Shown in pieces: positions 9,062 through 18,233 of a stretch of 39,890 bases of DNA. The translations under genes and the position numbers were made by a program. Location: the IMG/VR virus record IMGVR_UViG_3300034418_010258, positions 1-39,890 of that record. One strand, 5' to 3'. The first letter of the stretch is position 1. Every line of letters begins with the position of its first letter. Origin of the DNA: a virus. Its lineage: Duplodnaviria > Caudoviricetes. The notes below the pieces were generated by a model, which worked only from the letters and a program-made list of their open reading frames with translations, made no database searches and was not told the origin of the DNA.

Positions 9062-9787
9062 CTACCCGTTGTTCTTGAATGGGGTGAAAATAGAGTCCGG
9101 GACTACCCCGTCAACACAAGCTCCGAACACATACGATTTCCCCTCCACGACCATCGGGATCTTCAACACCGTCCACTCCTTCGCCGGGTTGTCTGGTCCC
9201 TCTGGATAGAGAACCATCTGGTTCACCTTCTCTGTGAAAATCTGCCCGACTCGAGCCTCGACTACGTGCATGTCGTTGGCGACATACTTCGCCGAAACTT
9301 CACTTGGATACCTGCGAAGAATGTTGATGGGAGTCCAGAAGTTTGCGCGATTGATGTGAAAGATCGTCGAATAGGAGTCATTCAGGTACCAGTTGTTTTT
9401 GCCGACCTCATGCAACCATGCAGGGTAGGGCATCGAATTGAACACCAGTTCGATCAGTTGCTTTGCGTCCTGCGGTACGCTTGTCACCTCGTATCGTCGA
9501 AGCAGATCGCGGACCTCTGAATTCTCCTTTCGGAGATCCCGGTTCGCCTCATAGAGCATCTTCAATTCTTCGGCCTTTACTTTGCTCTCTGCCCGTAGTG
9601 AGTCCAGTTCCCGAGTGAATGCTGCCAGGTATTTCTCCTCCAGCGTTGCCGCGGAAACCTTTGCTGCGGTTTCCACATCGGCGCGGAAAACGTAGTGGTA
9701 GCCGAGCCAACTTGTGATCAAGCTGATTATAGCCAGGGCGACTGTAATCCCCGTCCCTTTGAGTCCTTTTTTTACCGTGTCGCTCAT
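9062..9787 (-). CDS. Single-TM, coiled-coil, PAS-like domain protein (candidate sensor or holin)
   Basis: TM segment GITVALAIISLITSWLGYHYVF, then a heptad-rich stretch. PAS pattern: FNSMPYPAWL...YLNDSYSTIF...YPSEVSAKYVANDMHVV...FTEKV...WTVLKIPM...VFG. Confidence 0.7.
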   Translation of the reverse strand: MSDTVKKGLKGTGITVALAIISLITSWLGYHYVFRADVETAAKVSAATLEEKYLAAFTRELDSLRAESKVKAEELKMLYEANRDLRKENSEVRDLLRRYEVTSVPQDAKQLIELVFNSMPYPAWLHEVGKNNWYLNDSYSTIFHINRANFWTPINILRRYPSEVSAKYVANDMHVVEARVGQIFTEKVNQMVLYPEGPDNPAKEWTVLKIPMVVEGKSYVFGACVDGVVPDSIFTPFKNNG

Positions 9788-9930
9788 GGTTGTGGAATTG
9801 CCCAGTTTACGTAGACGAATGTCCCGTCTGCTTTATCTCCCACTCCCTGCCCGATCATCACCCCATCTGGAGTGACAAGCGATGCGCAGGAATGCAGGAA
9901 CAGTGTGGAGGCTAGAAAAACGGTTCTCAT
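9784..9930 (-). CDS. Small lipoprotein, 48 aa (not in the ORF track)
   Basis: MRTVFLASTLFLHSCASLVTPDGVMIGQGVGDKADGTFVYVNWAIPQP*. Short signal peptide and lipobox-like LHSC. TAATG overlap upstream and ATGA overlap downstream fill the gap exactly. Confidence 0.75.
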   Translation of the reverse strand: MRTVFLASTLFLHSCASLVTPDGVMIGQGVGDKADGTFVYVNWAIPQP

Positions 9931-10799
9931 TAGTTGTACTGATAGACTGGCATCGTGTAGCCGGAAATGCCAACAGAAGTCGGTGCCACAGATGTCTGTG
10001 CGGCTGCCGATCCGGAAGGCATGAATCCCTGGAAGCTTGTCGTTGCCCCTCCTCCAGAGGCGCCTCCCATCACTCCGCTGATCATTCCGCCGATTCCGGA
10101 GATTGCGCCGGCGACGGCATTGGCTGCCACTCCGTCTGCTTCTGCCTCCATCAGTTGCCGGTTGACCATAGCCTGTCCGACATCGGAAGAGTATTGCGCC
10201 CGGATCCCTGACTTCTCGAGGTAGTTGGCGAATCCCTCAAGCTTTCGGGTCCGCCTGAACGACCTCCGATTTGCTTTCAGTTTGTAGTGACTCCACTTCA
10301 GAGCGTATTCCTGGTTGGCTACCTCACTGAGACCTGCGGCCCGATTATAGGTCATCTCATCGTAGAGGTCACCCATGGTCATCGTGAACTGCTCCGCGGA
10401 GTCTGCAATGACCTCCGCTCCGCTTAGTTCACCCACCGCACCGGACGCGCCGATCACCGCTCTCTGCGATCCCTGCATACGCTCGAACGCTTCCGAACTC
10501 CGATTGATGTTCTCACGGTCCTGCTTCGTTCGGTATTCGATTTCCTCCGAGAGTCGGCGAATATTCCTGCGCCGGCCCATGTTCTCCATTGCCTCGAATC
10601 CAAAATTGATTGCGGTCTCCAGGTAACCAATCCGTTGTGCTGTGCGTCTGGTCAACGCTCCGGCGATTCCGAAGTCACGCCGGGTTTCCGCGTTGTCCAT
10701 CTCCAACTCGAAATTGTCCTGGGCCGCCTCCTTCAAGGCTGCCGACTGACCGAGTCCTCCCGCGAGACCAACGAGTGCTGCTATGCCTGCAAAGATCAT
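9930..10799 (-). CDS. Internal virion protein (T7 gp14-like ejection protein)
   Basis: Probable start MIFAGIAALVGLAGGLG at 10799 (ATGA overlap with the nozzle gene stop). Ala/Gly-rich ends and a GSQRAVIGASG motif. Sits directly after tail tubular B. Confidence 0.65.
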   Translation of the reverse strand: MIFAGIAALVGLAGGLGQSAALKEAAQDNFELEMDNAETRRDFGIAGALTRRTAQRIGYLETAINFGFEAMENMGRRRNIRRLSEEIEYRTKQDRENINRSSEAFERMQGSQRAVIGASGAVGELSGAEVIADSAEQFTMTMGDLYDEMTYNRAAGLSEVANQEYALKWSHYKLKANRRSFRRTRKLEGFANYLEKSGIRAQYSSDVGQAMVNRQLMEAEADGVAANAVAGAISGIGGMISGVMGGASGGGATTSFQGFMPSGSAAAQTSVAPTSVGISGYTMPVYQYN

Positions 10800-13090
10800 T
10801 TTCCGTCTACCATGGTTTTGAGTGTGAATGCCGTGATTGAACACGGGAAGGGCGAATCTGTTTGGAATGTGGTATCAATCGACTGTCGGGAATCGGCGTT
10901 GATCTGAACGTCGTCGACCTGGCCGGTGAACCAGGGTTCGGTCTCCCCCATCAATGTATCATAATCTCGCAGAAGAAACTCGCTAAAAGTTCCCTCCGGG
11001 TGGTCCGACACCTTCAACCCGAGAGTTTTCCAGACGTTCACTGAGCATCGTTGAGTGAGAAACTTCCGGCCAAGTGAGGTGCCGGTTTCGCTCCCCAGTT
11101 CCGATCGTGTAGGCTGCATCGTGGAGGTGTAAGGGAGTCCCGCGACAACCCGGGTCGCCGGAGTCGTGAGAATAATCTGACCACCCGAGACCACCTGAGC
11201 GGGGATCTCCGCCCCGTCTGCCAGTCCGGTGACCGTCTTGCCCTCCAGGTGGCTGAACCCGGGAAAGGTAGTGGTAGGCGCCCCTCCGTCGACGGTGACC
11301 GCAGAATCCACGTAGACCACCGAGGTAGTCTCGTCGTCCTCCAGTTTCTCGAGCCATAGAGGATCCAGCCTCTCGAGGTAGTAGACGGTCGACCCGTTTA
11401 CCTCCCGCTCGACCACGACCCAGACAGAGTCCCCCAGGGCATTCTCACCGCTTGTGATCGCGACAGACCTGACCAGTCCATCGGTGACATGAGGTGACCA
11501 CCCGATCACGTTCTGTGACTGATCGATCGTCATTGCGATGAGTTTGCCATCGTTGGTCACGCACCACAGGATGGGGTCCGGCTGCACCTGAAACTGGTAT
11601 TCCTTCACTCCGTTCCGAACAAGGTGCTCTGCGAGTGCGGTCAGGTCGTCCGAGATCCCGCCCTGCTCCCCGCCATACTGAAACTGGCGCAGTTTCTTCT
11701 CCCCTCGCTCGAGCAGGACCACCGTGTCGGAAGCAATGATCGGAGTCTTCTGTGCCGTGCCGATCCTGGATTGTCGGCGGACGAAAATGTTCCGGGGCGT
11801 GACTGGAGTCTGCTCACTGGTCAGCAATGCCCATTCTTCCGACTGCGTGAAGATGAGGAGAGCGACATGCGACAGCATCGACTGGATCGGGGAAGAGTCG
11901 TCAGCCGATAGCGTGAAACCGATCGCGTCGTCGTCGTAGGCACCGTATCGAAACCACCGGAAGTCGTTCGTTCGGGATAACCAGGTCGTATTAGGTTGGG
12001 CATTTGTGCCTGCGAACACAAGGCGTTGCTCGTGAAACGTGCAGGCCCGGGGGTATCCGGTAGCCGGCGAGAAACTTCCCAGTCTGAATATGTCGGTCGC
12101 TCCGGTTCCAAAGATTGCCGTCTTTACCGTTGCGGTGCAGGTAGCACGATCGGTCATCGCAGTGATTTCCGCCCATCCTGTGTATTCGGAGTCTTCTACC
12201 TCCAGAACCGCGGACGGGTTCCCCTGGTGGGAGACCGTTGTATAGGACATCCGGATCTCACTTGGTTTCTCGCTTGTTGCTTTCCATGCGATGTTTCGCA
12301 GAGCGTCTGCCGGTGACTCGAACGACCGAATCGTGTCCCATCCCCCGTTGAGGTTCTTGACCTCCACATCCAGCGACCCCTCCCATGTTCCATACGTTGT
12401 CAGGGTGTAGTCTCCCACTACCGTGATGGAAGAGGAATCTGCTGTGGCATCGAGAGCAAGGGTCTCTGAGACTCTGGGGCGCCTGTGCGTCACCTCCACT
12501 GCCATTCCGATGTGATCGTTCAGGGTCTGCGAGTCGAGGAAAACATCGTCAGAAAAGGTGAGAGTAACACTGCCGGTGGTCCCTGATGCCGTGACCGTGA
12601 TGTCCGACTCGTTGCGTTGCCTCATCGGCGGCCAATCAAACACCGTCTCGACCATCGTCCATGAATCATTGCCCGACCCGTCGACCGTGAGAGTCAACTC
12701 GTAGGGTGGGTGATTTGGGTGGGTGAAGAATGCGATGTTGTTCAGTTGCTTCATCTGCACCTCGAACAGTTCGGTCTCCAGGTAGGGAGTCGTCAGGGAG
12801 ACGCCAGAAACCTTGGTCCCGTCGTCGTCCCAGACCTCCATCTTCAGTGCGGAGAGCTCAAGGACGAACTGCCTTGCTGCCGTCGGTCTGAATGCGATGA
12901 GTCGTGCGTTTCCTACCAGGGTGCCTTCGTAGAGCATGCCGGGCCGGCGTTGTGCTGTGCCGTAGATCCGCGGAAAGAAATTACGAAGTATGCGGCACCC
13001 AGTCGGGAACTTCGGCAGGTCTCCACGGGTATCGAGCAGAGGTGAGAATTCCCCGGCTGCACAGGAGTTTCTGAGAATGTGAAGAGCCAT
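10796..13090 (-). CDS. Tail tubular protein B / nozzle (T7 gp12-like)
   Basis: 764 aa. N-terminal AGEFSPLL...RNFFPRIYG..QRRPG and GYPRACTFHEQRLVFAG motifs. Confidence 0.85.
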   Translation of the reverse strand: MALHILRNSCAAGEFSPLLDTRGDLPKFPTGCRILRNFFPRIYGTAQRRPGMLYEGTLVGNARLIAFRPTAARQFVLELSALKMEVWDDDGTKVSGVSLTTPYLETELFEVQMKQLNNIAFFTHPNHPPYELTLTVDGSGNDSWTMVETVFDWPPMRQRNESDITVTASGTTGSVTLTFSDDVFLDSQTLNDHIGMAVEVTHRRPRVSETLALDATADSSSITVVGDYTLTTYGTWEGSLDVEVKNLNGGWDTIRSFESPADALRNIAWKATSEKPSEIRMSYTTVSHQGNPSAVLEVEDSEYTGWAEITAMTDRATCTATVKTAIFGTGATDIFRLGSFSPATGYPRACTFHEQRLVFAGTNAQPNTTWLSRTNDFRWFRYGAYDDDAIGFTLSADDSSPIQSMLSHVALLIFTQSEEWALLTSEQTPVTPRNIFVRRQSRIGTAQKTPIIASDTVVLLERGEKKLRQFQYGGEQGGISDDLTALAEHLVRNGVKEYQFQVQPDPILWCVTNDGKLIAMTIDQSQNVIGWSPHVTDGLVRSVAITSGENALGDSVWVVVEREVNGSTVYYLERLDPLWLEKLEDDETTSVVYVDSAVTVDGGAPTTTFPGFSHLEGKTVTGLADGAEIPAQVVSGGQIILTTPATRVVAGLPYTSTMQPTRSELGSETGTSLGRKFLTQRCSVNVWKTLGLKVSDHPEGTFSEFLLRDYDTLMGETEPWFTGQVDDVQINADSRQSIDTTFQTDSPFPCSITAFTLKTMVDGK

Positions 13091-13932
13091 TATCGTAGAT
13101 AGCGAATGATCTTGTTGCAGATGTAGGACGGCTGGAGGTTGTTGTGCGCCTCGACCGCATCAGTATCGGATACCAAATCGGTATTTCCGGTCTTGTCGCT
13201 TCCCGTGTGATTCACCAGTGCCGTTCCTCCTCCTGGAGCCCTGGATAATTCCGCACCTCTGACCCCGTGCCGGTGACTCTGAATCCCCGACTCCTGACCC
13301 GTGAGCAAATGCGCGTCTTCGCCGAAATGGTGATTCAGGTGAGTAGTGGTCTCCGTGCCGATGACCGCTGCATCGGTTCCACCCATGTCCCCCCTCCCCA
13401 CTCCGACCCGGTCGCGACAGTCCGGAACATTGAATGTCGTCGACCAGAAACTGCTGGAACCCGCACTGGCAGTAATCGCGCCAGGGAAAGCACTGTTGAG
13501 GGGTGATGTGACCGTGAAGGTTGTGGTCGTTGGAGTCGTGAGCACAATCAACGGTATATGCCGGGGATCGGAGATCCCGGACGCAGAAGTCCAGCCTGCG
13601 GAGAAACTGGATGCCCCCTCCAAAAACATAATATCACCCACGGCGAGAGTATGCGCGGAAGTTGTCGTGAGTGTGGTGGACCCAAGTGTCCAGGAAATAG
13701 TGGAAGCTTCCTTGTCTGAGAATGCCCCGATTACCTCACCCTTCCCGATCTCCCGAGCCAGTTCCGAATACCCTCCATTGAGTCTCGACGAGTATGCCGA
13801 TCCATCGCACCAGAGAAACTTCGGAGGGAGGCGCCATCCGAAATGCTCCTTGCCTTCGCCGATGATGTTGTCATCGAGCCGGCGCTCCTCTGATGCAGGC
13901 TGACTATTTGGAATGGGGGATAGCGTCTTCAC
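13090..13932 (-). CDS. Tail collar-domain fibre protein
   Basis: FLWCDGSAYS...YSELAREIG, TTFNVPDCRDRVGVG and C-terminal HNNLQPSYICNKIIRY, with a Thr-rich beta insertion. Confidence 0.75.
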   Translation of the reverse strand: MKTLSPIPNSQPASEERRLDDNIIGEGKEHFGWRLPPKFLWCDGSAYSSRLNGGYSELAREIGKGEVIGAFSDKEASTISWTLGSTTLTTTSAHTLAVGDIMFLEGASSFSAGWTSASGISDPRHIPLIVLTTPTTTTFTVTSPLNSAFPGAITASAGSSSFWSTTFNVPDCRDRVGVGRGDMGGTDAAVIGTETTTHLNHHFGEDAHLLTGQESGIQSHRHGVRGAELSRAPGGGTALVNHTGSDKTGNTDLVSDTDAVEAHNNLQPSYICNKIIRYLR

Positions 13933-14549
13933 CAGTCAGAGTCGAAATACCCGGTTCCATGCCGAGAACGTCTGCTCCATGTTCTGCTGGTCGCAAATGG
14001 CGGGATGACCTCCGGGTCGTCTTCCTGCGCGTTCGTTTGCTGTGCTTCGGGCAATGCCATCTCGCTGAACTTCGCCAACAGCATTGCCTCCTTCTCAGAG
14101 TCTTGCGTTAAAATCTGGGCAAGCATATGCCCCAGTTTCAGGCTGAATGCCTCGATGAACGTTTCGTCGAACTCCCCTGGATCCGTGACCCTCCGGATGT
14201 AGGTGACCTTGGCGGAGTCTGCTTTGGTGATCAGGTTGCCACTCTCGATCGAGTAGAATGCCTGATTCATGAATGCCTCCTGTCCGTTGAGCGTGACAAT
14301 GCGAAGGCAGTCAGACGGGAGTGGGTAGGAGTAGGCCGGCCCGAATGCGGGTGCCGTAGCTGACGCAGTCAAAACTGCGCGAGTGATTGCAAAGTTCCAC
14401 GGGTGAGACCGCAGAAGAGCATCCCTACACAGTGGGTAAATCCGACGAACCTTGTCCGCCTTCGGTGAGTTCTCCGTGTATGACGCTATGCCACTCTGCC
14501 CGAGATGAGATAGTGCCAGGTTTGCGATCGTCGTGTCGGTGTAACTCAT
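13929..14549 (-). CDS. Tail tubular protein A / adaptor (T7 gp11-like)
   Basis: IANLALSHLG...LLRSHPWNFA...YPLPSDCLRI motifs; 206 aa. Confidence 0.85.
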   Translation of the reverse strand: MSYTDTTIANLALSHLGQSGIASYTENSPKADKVRRIYPLCRDALLRSHPWNFAITRAVLTASATAPAFGPAYSYPLPSDCLRIVTLNGQEAFMNQAFYSIESGNLITKADSAKVTYIRRVTDPGEFDETFIEAFSLKLGHMLAQILTQDSEKEAMLLAKFSEMALPEAQQTNAQEDDPEVIPPFATSRTWSRRSRHGTGYFDSDW

Positions 14550-14557
14550 CAGCGGGG

Positions 14558-14591
14558 AAAGCGCCTCGAGGTGGATAAGTCCCCGAGGCGC
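14558..14591 (-). terminator. Possible intrinsic terminator after the capsid genes
   Basis: GCGCCTCG...CGAGGCGC inverted repeat followed by only TTT on the minus strand. Confidence 0.45.
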
Positions 14592-14617
14592 CCATCAGGT
14601 GGGTGATGTGGGAAGAA

Positions 14618-15088
14618 TTATCCCATTTCCTCATCCAGATAGCTGATGAGAACCTCCACGATGTCACCGCTCACGATTGCCGTAACGGCAGTGATGGTGA
14701 GGATCAGGAGTTCCCCTTCGTTGACCTGGACGAGAGCATTGCCAGAGGGACGAGTGAAGGCGACAGAGTCGTCGTTCACTGCGACCGCACCGGTGAGTGC
14801 TGTGACGGTGGTGCCATCGGTCCCGAGTTTCTCGAGGCGAAAGCTTCCATTGATTGCCCCGTTCAAGGACGTTACCCGACACTTTTCCGGGATGACGTAG
14901 GCCGTCTTCGCCGGAAGGAAACAGAGTCGGATGTCATCGTCCCCGGATGGGGTCGCGTCAAACGTGTAGGCTGCCGGTTTGGCAACCCGTTCAGCATGCA
15001 CCAGAGTCCGGTGGGAAGGCATCGCGTTGCGAGTCTTCTTCCGATTCATCTGGGATGTGTAGAGAGGGTGGTCAGTGAGAAATGCCAT
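14618..15088 (-). CDS. Hypothetical virion protein (possible capsid decoration protein)
   Basis: 156 aa, beta-rich, immediately after the major capsid gene. Confidence 0.55.
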   Translation of the reverse strand: MAFLTDHPLYTSQMNRKKTRNAMPSHRTLVHAERVAKPAAYTFDATPSGDDDIRLCFLPAKTAYVIPEKCRVTSLNGAINGSFRLEKLGTDGTTVTALTGAVAVNDDSVAFTRPSGNALVQVNEGELLILTITAVTAIVSGDIVEVLISYLDEEMG

Positions 15089-15128
15089 GATTCAAAATTC
15101 CTTTCTGTTGATGTTGATCCTCTACCGA

Positions 15129-16049
15129 TTAAGGCGACCTGTCGCAGGCGATGGTCACGACGGTTTTCTCGAAACGGCGAAGGACGCAGTACTTGCTGTA
15201 AGCACTGATCTGAATCGCGTGATCCAGGTCCGGTCGCTCATCGAACTTGATCTTCATGTCGTCAGGGACAACAATCAAACCGCGCTCTTTCGAGTAGACA
15301 AAGCAGGTCGCAATATCGGTCGAACTCGAGTGTTGAAGTCGGTTCGTGATGATCACATCCATGCCGTAGAGTTTCTTCTCTTTGCCTTCGTGCCATGCGC
15401 CGATCATGTTCGCCCAGACCTCATTCGTTGCCGTCTTGAGGTACTGCAGAAGGTCACGCTTCTCTGCTGGTCCCATGGCGACTGCGATCTCTTCTTCGTC
15501 GCAGAAAATGTCATAGGTTTCGAGAATGCGAACTGCCTCTTCGAGCTTCGCCGGAGTCATGCCGATGTTAGCGGCAGGAGACTCTCCGAACTGGACCCCG
15601 ACCTGCTGAGAGGAGGGGAGATCGATTGCATCGGTATAGGATTCCGCGCCACCGTATTCGGTCTGGTCACAGGCGAGAGCGACAAGCGTATCGACCTTTC
15701 GGTTCCACGCACGGCGCATTTCTTCCTGCACTTCCGAATCGGGTTGGCCCAACATTCCGAGAAAATCGTCGTCGACTTGGTCGAATACGACTTGGCACTT
15801 GAAGTCGCGTTTTACCGCTTCCCGTGCTTTTCCCGTGACCTCAGTGAGGGTGGAGTTCGTCAGGCGACCCGTTCGCTCCGTCCACTCGACTTCATCGATG
15901 TCGTTGTAGACTTTGCTTTTGCCGGCCCAGTTATCAACGCGAACGCGATTCCCGAGTCGTTGGATCTCCTGATTCACATTGTGATCCCAGTTCTCGGCGA
16001 ATTCGCGCCGGTAGTGCTCTGGGATCTCCAAAGATGGAGATAATGCCAT
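15129..16049 (-). CDS. Major capsid protein
   Basis: 306 aa, after the scaffold gene. Resembles BPP-1-like capsids (EIPEHYRREFAENW...QxxxxRL; C-terminal RRFEKTVVTIAC). Confidence 0.8.
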   Translation of the reverse strand: MALSPSLEIPEHYRREFAENWDHNVNQEIQRLGNRVRVDNWAGKSKVYNDIDEVEWTERTGRLTNSTLTEVTGKAREAVKRDFKCQVVFDQVDDDFLGMLGQPDSEVQEEMRRAWNRKVDTLVALACDQTEYGGAESYTDAIDLPSSQQVGVQFGESPAANIGMTPAKLEEAVRILETYDIFCDEEEIAVAMGPAEKRDLLQYLKTATNEVWANMIGAWHEGKEKKLYGMDVIITNRLQHSSSTDIATCFVYSKERGLIVVPDDMKIKFDERPDLDHAIQISAYSKYCVLRRFEKTVVTIACDRSP

Positions 16050-16091
16050 TGTGTTTTATTCAGGTTCTAAGTGGTTGCTTCACCCTCGAAT

Positions 16092-16159
16092 CGGTAGGCT
16101 CTCATGAGGCCGTTTCGGGAACGGTGAGAACTCTGTGCCGGTATGCCTGAATAGGGCCG
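16092..16159 (-). promoter_or_regulatory. Duplicated 21-nt motif in the capsid 5' leader
   Basis: Minus strand CGGCC-N8-GC(A/C)TACCG at 16139-16159 and 16092-16112. Confidence 0.5.
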
Positions 16160-16175
16160 CTACTGAGCTGTGAAG

Positions 16176-16205
16176 ACGATAAGCCCAAACATGGCGACAT
16201 GGCAA
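16176..16205 (-). promoter_or_regulatory. Possible capsid gene promoter
   Basis: TTGCCA-N18-TATCGT immediately after the terminator. Confidence 0.35.
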
Positions 16206-16206
16206 G

Positions 16207-16250
16207 AAAAAAAAACCCTCCCCCCAGGAACTGCTTGCCAGGGGGAGGGT
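16207..16250 (-). terminator. Rho-independent terminator after the scaffold gene
   Basis: ACCCTCCCCC...GGGGGAGGGT stem followed by a run of about 9 T on the minus strand. Confidence 0.8.
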
Positions 16251-16287
16251 GTGATGACGAAACGACCTTTGCCGTAGAGGTAGAACC

Positions 16288-17253
16288 CTAGCGTTGTGGT
16301 TCTCCACTGTCAACGGATTGCTTCAAGAGGTTCCGAACCTTCTCGCGAACCATCTTGTTGTCCGGGTGAGAAGAGTTGTGATACGCGTCATATTGCGCAT
16401 TGCTCTTGTCGTGAATGATCGACTTTGCCTGCGCTCCGAACGACATATCGGTCGGTGTTCCCAGATCTTCGGTCACCTTGCCTTCCTGAACCCTGCCGGC
16501 AATTGCCCCGAGCAGTTTCGCCACTCCGGGAATCTTCAGTGCCTCCTGGTCCTCCGGCGCCATGCCGAATTCATTGGCGAGATGCTTCACCTGTGCGGTC
16601 TTCCTCTCGTAGTCGCGCCCCCAGGTTTCTTGCAGATGCTTCTCAGCCTCCTGCGCCTCCTGCTGCTCCTGATGCTGTAGGGTCTCGAATTCCTTGATGT
16701 CCGCCTTCAGGAAGTAGTTGAACATCTTCTGCGCGAGTTCTTTCGGTGCTCCAGCCTCTGCTGCGAATGCCTCAAAGGCTTTAATTTTCTCAGCTTCGAC
16801 CTCGCTACCCTCGGGCAGGATACCATCCTCCGGTTTGATCTCATACTTGTCCGGGGCGTCAGGGATCCCCATCTTTTCCCGATAGGCCGCCACCACCTCT
16901 TCAGGCGAATCCTCACTCGGGATCTCCAGGAGGTGATCGGTCTTCTCTCGGTATTTGGACATGAAGTCCCGTCCGGACTGAACCATCTTGTCGAACGATG
17001 AAAACTGCTGGAGGTAGTTCTCATGTCCTTTGAGGGATTCGATCCCGTCATACCAATTCTCGCGGAACTCCAGGCTGCCTTCCTCTTTGAAGATTCCGGC
17101 CGGCGCAGATCCACCGATGCCTCCACCCTGATCGGATCCAGCAGCACCAGCATCACCAGCATCACCGGCATCACCGGCACCTCCACCGATGCCACCTTCA
17201 CCGCCCTCCTCCTCCTGAACTCTTGGGAATCCTTGTATTGCTCTTTTCCACAT
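16288..17253 (-). CDS. Capsid scaffolding protein
   Basis: Acidic Gly/Asp/Ala-rich N-terminus, motifs GIPDAPDKYE and LQETWGRDYE, C-terminal HPDNKMVREKV. Located between portal and capsid. Confidence 0.8.
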   Translation of the reverse strand: MWKRAIQGFPRVQEEEGGEGGIGGGAGDAGDAGDAGAAGSDQGGGIGGSAPAGIFKEEGSLEFRENWYDGIESLKGHENYLQQFSSFDKMVQSGRDFMSKYREKTDHLLEIPSEDSPEEVVAAYREKMGIPDAPDKYEIKPEDGILPEGSEVEAEKIKAFEAFAAEAGAPKELAQKMFNYFLKADIKEFETLQHQEQQEAQEAEKHLQETWGRDYERKTAQVKHLANEFGMAPEDQEALKIPGVAKLLGAIAGRVQEGKVTEDLGTPTDMSFGAQAKSIIHDKSNAQYDAYHNSSHPDNKMVREKVRNLLKQSVDSGEPQR

Positions 17254-17286
17254 CTATTCTCCTTTTGTTGTTGTTCAATCTGTCGA

Positions 17287-17934
17287 CTAGAATTGGCCGC
17301 GCCGGCGACCGTAGACCCGGCGGAACTTCTTCGCGCCCCAGTTCCTCTTCCGCCATGCAATCACCAGAGGATCCTTGTCCCCCAGCATCTTGTCCGGCAT
17401 CGGGCAACCAGAGGCAATGTCCTCGCGCATCGTGACTCCGACATCCCCGGGTTTCACTTCGCCATTCTCGCCCTCGAACTGAGACGCGAGGTTGACATCC
17501 GGATCCGGTGCGTCGTCGTCGTCCAGGTCGTCGAGGTCATACTCTGACTCCCCTGTCTCGCGCTCGCTGAGAATCTCCCGCTTGCGTTCTGCGTCCCGTT
17601 CCTGCTTCTGCTCGAATTGCGATGCATCCTTCAGACGCTTGAGTTCCCGTCGCGAGATGGTGACATCGTCGTCGTCGTCGTTCACCACCTTGTTGGTCTC
17701 CTCAGAGGGGGCGGGTTCGCTTGCGGTGCGGGATTCAACGTCCCCGCCCTCCTCTTCGGAAATCTCTTCCACCACATCGCCTCCAGCGACCGGCGCCGGC
17801 AGGGTCTCATCGGGCATGAGGTTGTTCTCTTCGAGTTTCACGCGTAGTGCGTCGACTCCCTCGTTTACATTGGCCTTGATGCCCTCCCCGTGGAGAATAT
17901 CGACCATTTCCTGGCGTGTAAGTTGTTCACTCAT
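17287..17934 (-). CDS. Hypothetical acidic protein (possible N-terminal HeH/LEM-like helix pair)
   Basis: 215 aa, coupled to the upstream gene. LTRQEMVDILHGEGIKAN...LRVKL N-terminus and a basic C-terminus. Confidence 0.6.
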   Translation of the reverse strand: MSEQLTRQEMVDILHGEGIKANVNEGVDALRVKLEENNLMPDETLPAPVAGGDVVEEISEEEGGDVESRTASEPAPSEETNKVVNDDDDDVTISRRELKRLKDASQFEQKQERDAERKREILSERETGESEYDLDDLDDDDAPDPDVNLASQFEGENGEVKPGDVGVTMREDIASGCPMPDKMLGDKDPLVIAWRKRNWGAKKFRRVYGRRRGQF

Positions 17935-18230
17935 GTTCTATCGATTAATGCTGGTGGTAGTTGGAGTAGATCCGTGTTGTTGCTTGTGTGTATGAGGAAG
18001 GAGAGCGTAGAGATCTCCCCGTCCAGAAATGCTGATTGTGATGTCGAAAGTGATTCGTGAAATCGCGGCTGCATCGGGTGAGTCGACTGGACAAGCTCAC
18101 CCAGGATGATGCGTCCCTCCGGGGTGTGGAGAATCTCTTTGCATGCCTTCGCGAATCTCTCCTGCCGTCTCTTGTGATCCTGGGGTTTTTCCCCTACCCG
18201 AGGGGATGCCACTCTTTCGCTGATGTTCAT
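17931..18230 (-). CDS. Hypothetical protein (Bbp19-like, portal-adjacent)
   Basis: TPEGRIILGEL...AFLDGE motif, directly after the portal gene. Confidence 0.6.
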   Translation of the reverse strand: MNISERVASPRVGEKPQDHKRRQERFAKACKEILHTPEGRIILGELVQSTHPMQPRFHESLSTSQSAFLDGEISTLSFLIHTSNNTDLLQLPPALIDRT

Positions 18231-18233
18231 CCG

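Noticed and set aside
17141-17200. 9-bp tandem repeats (GCATCACCR)
   Set aside because: They encode the low-complexity GDAGDAGDA linker of the scaffold, which is ordinary.
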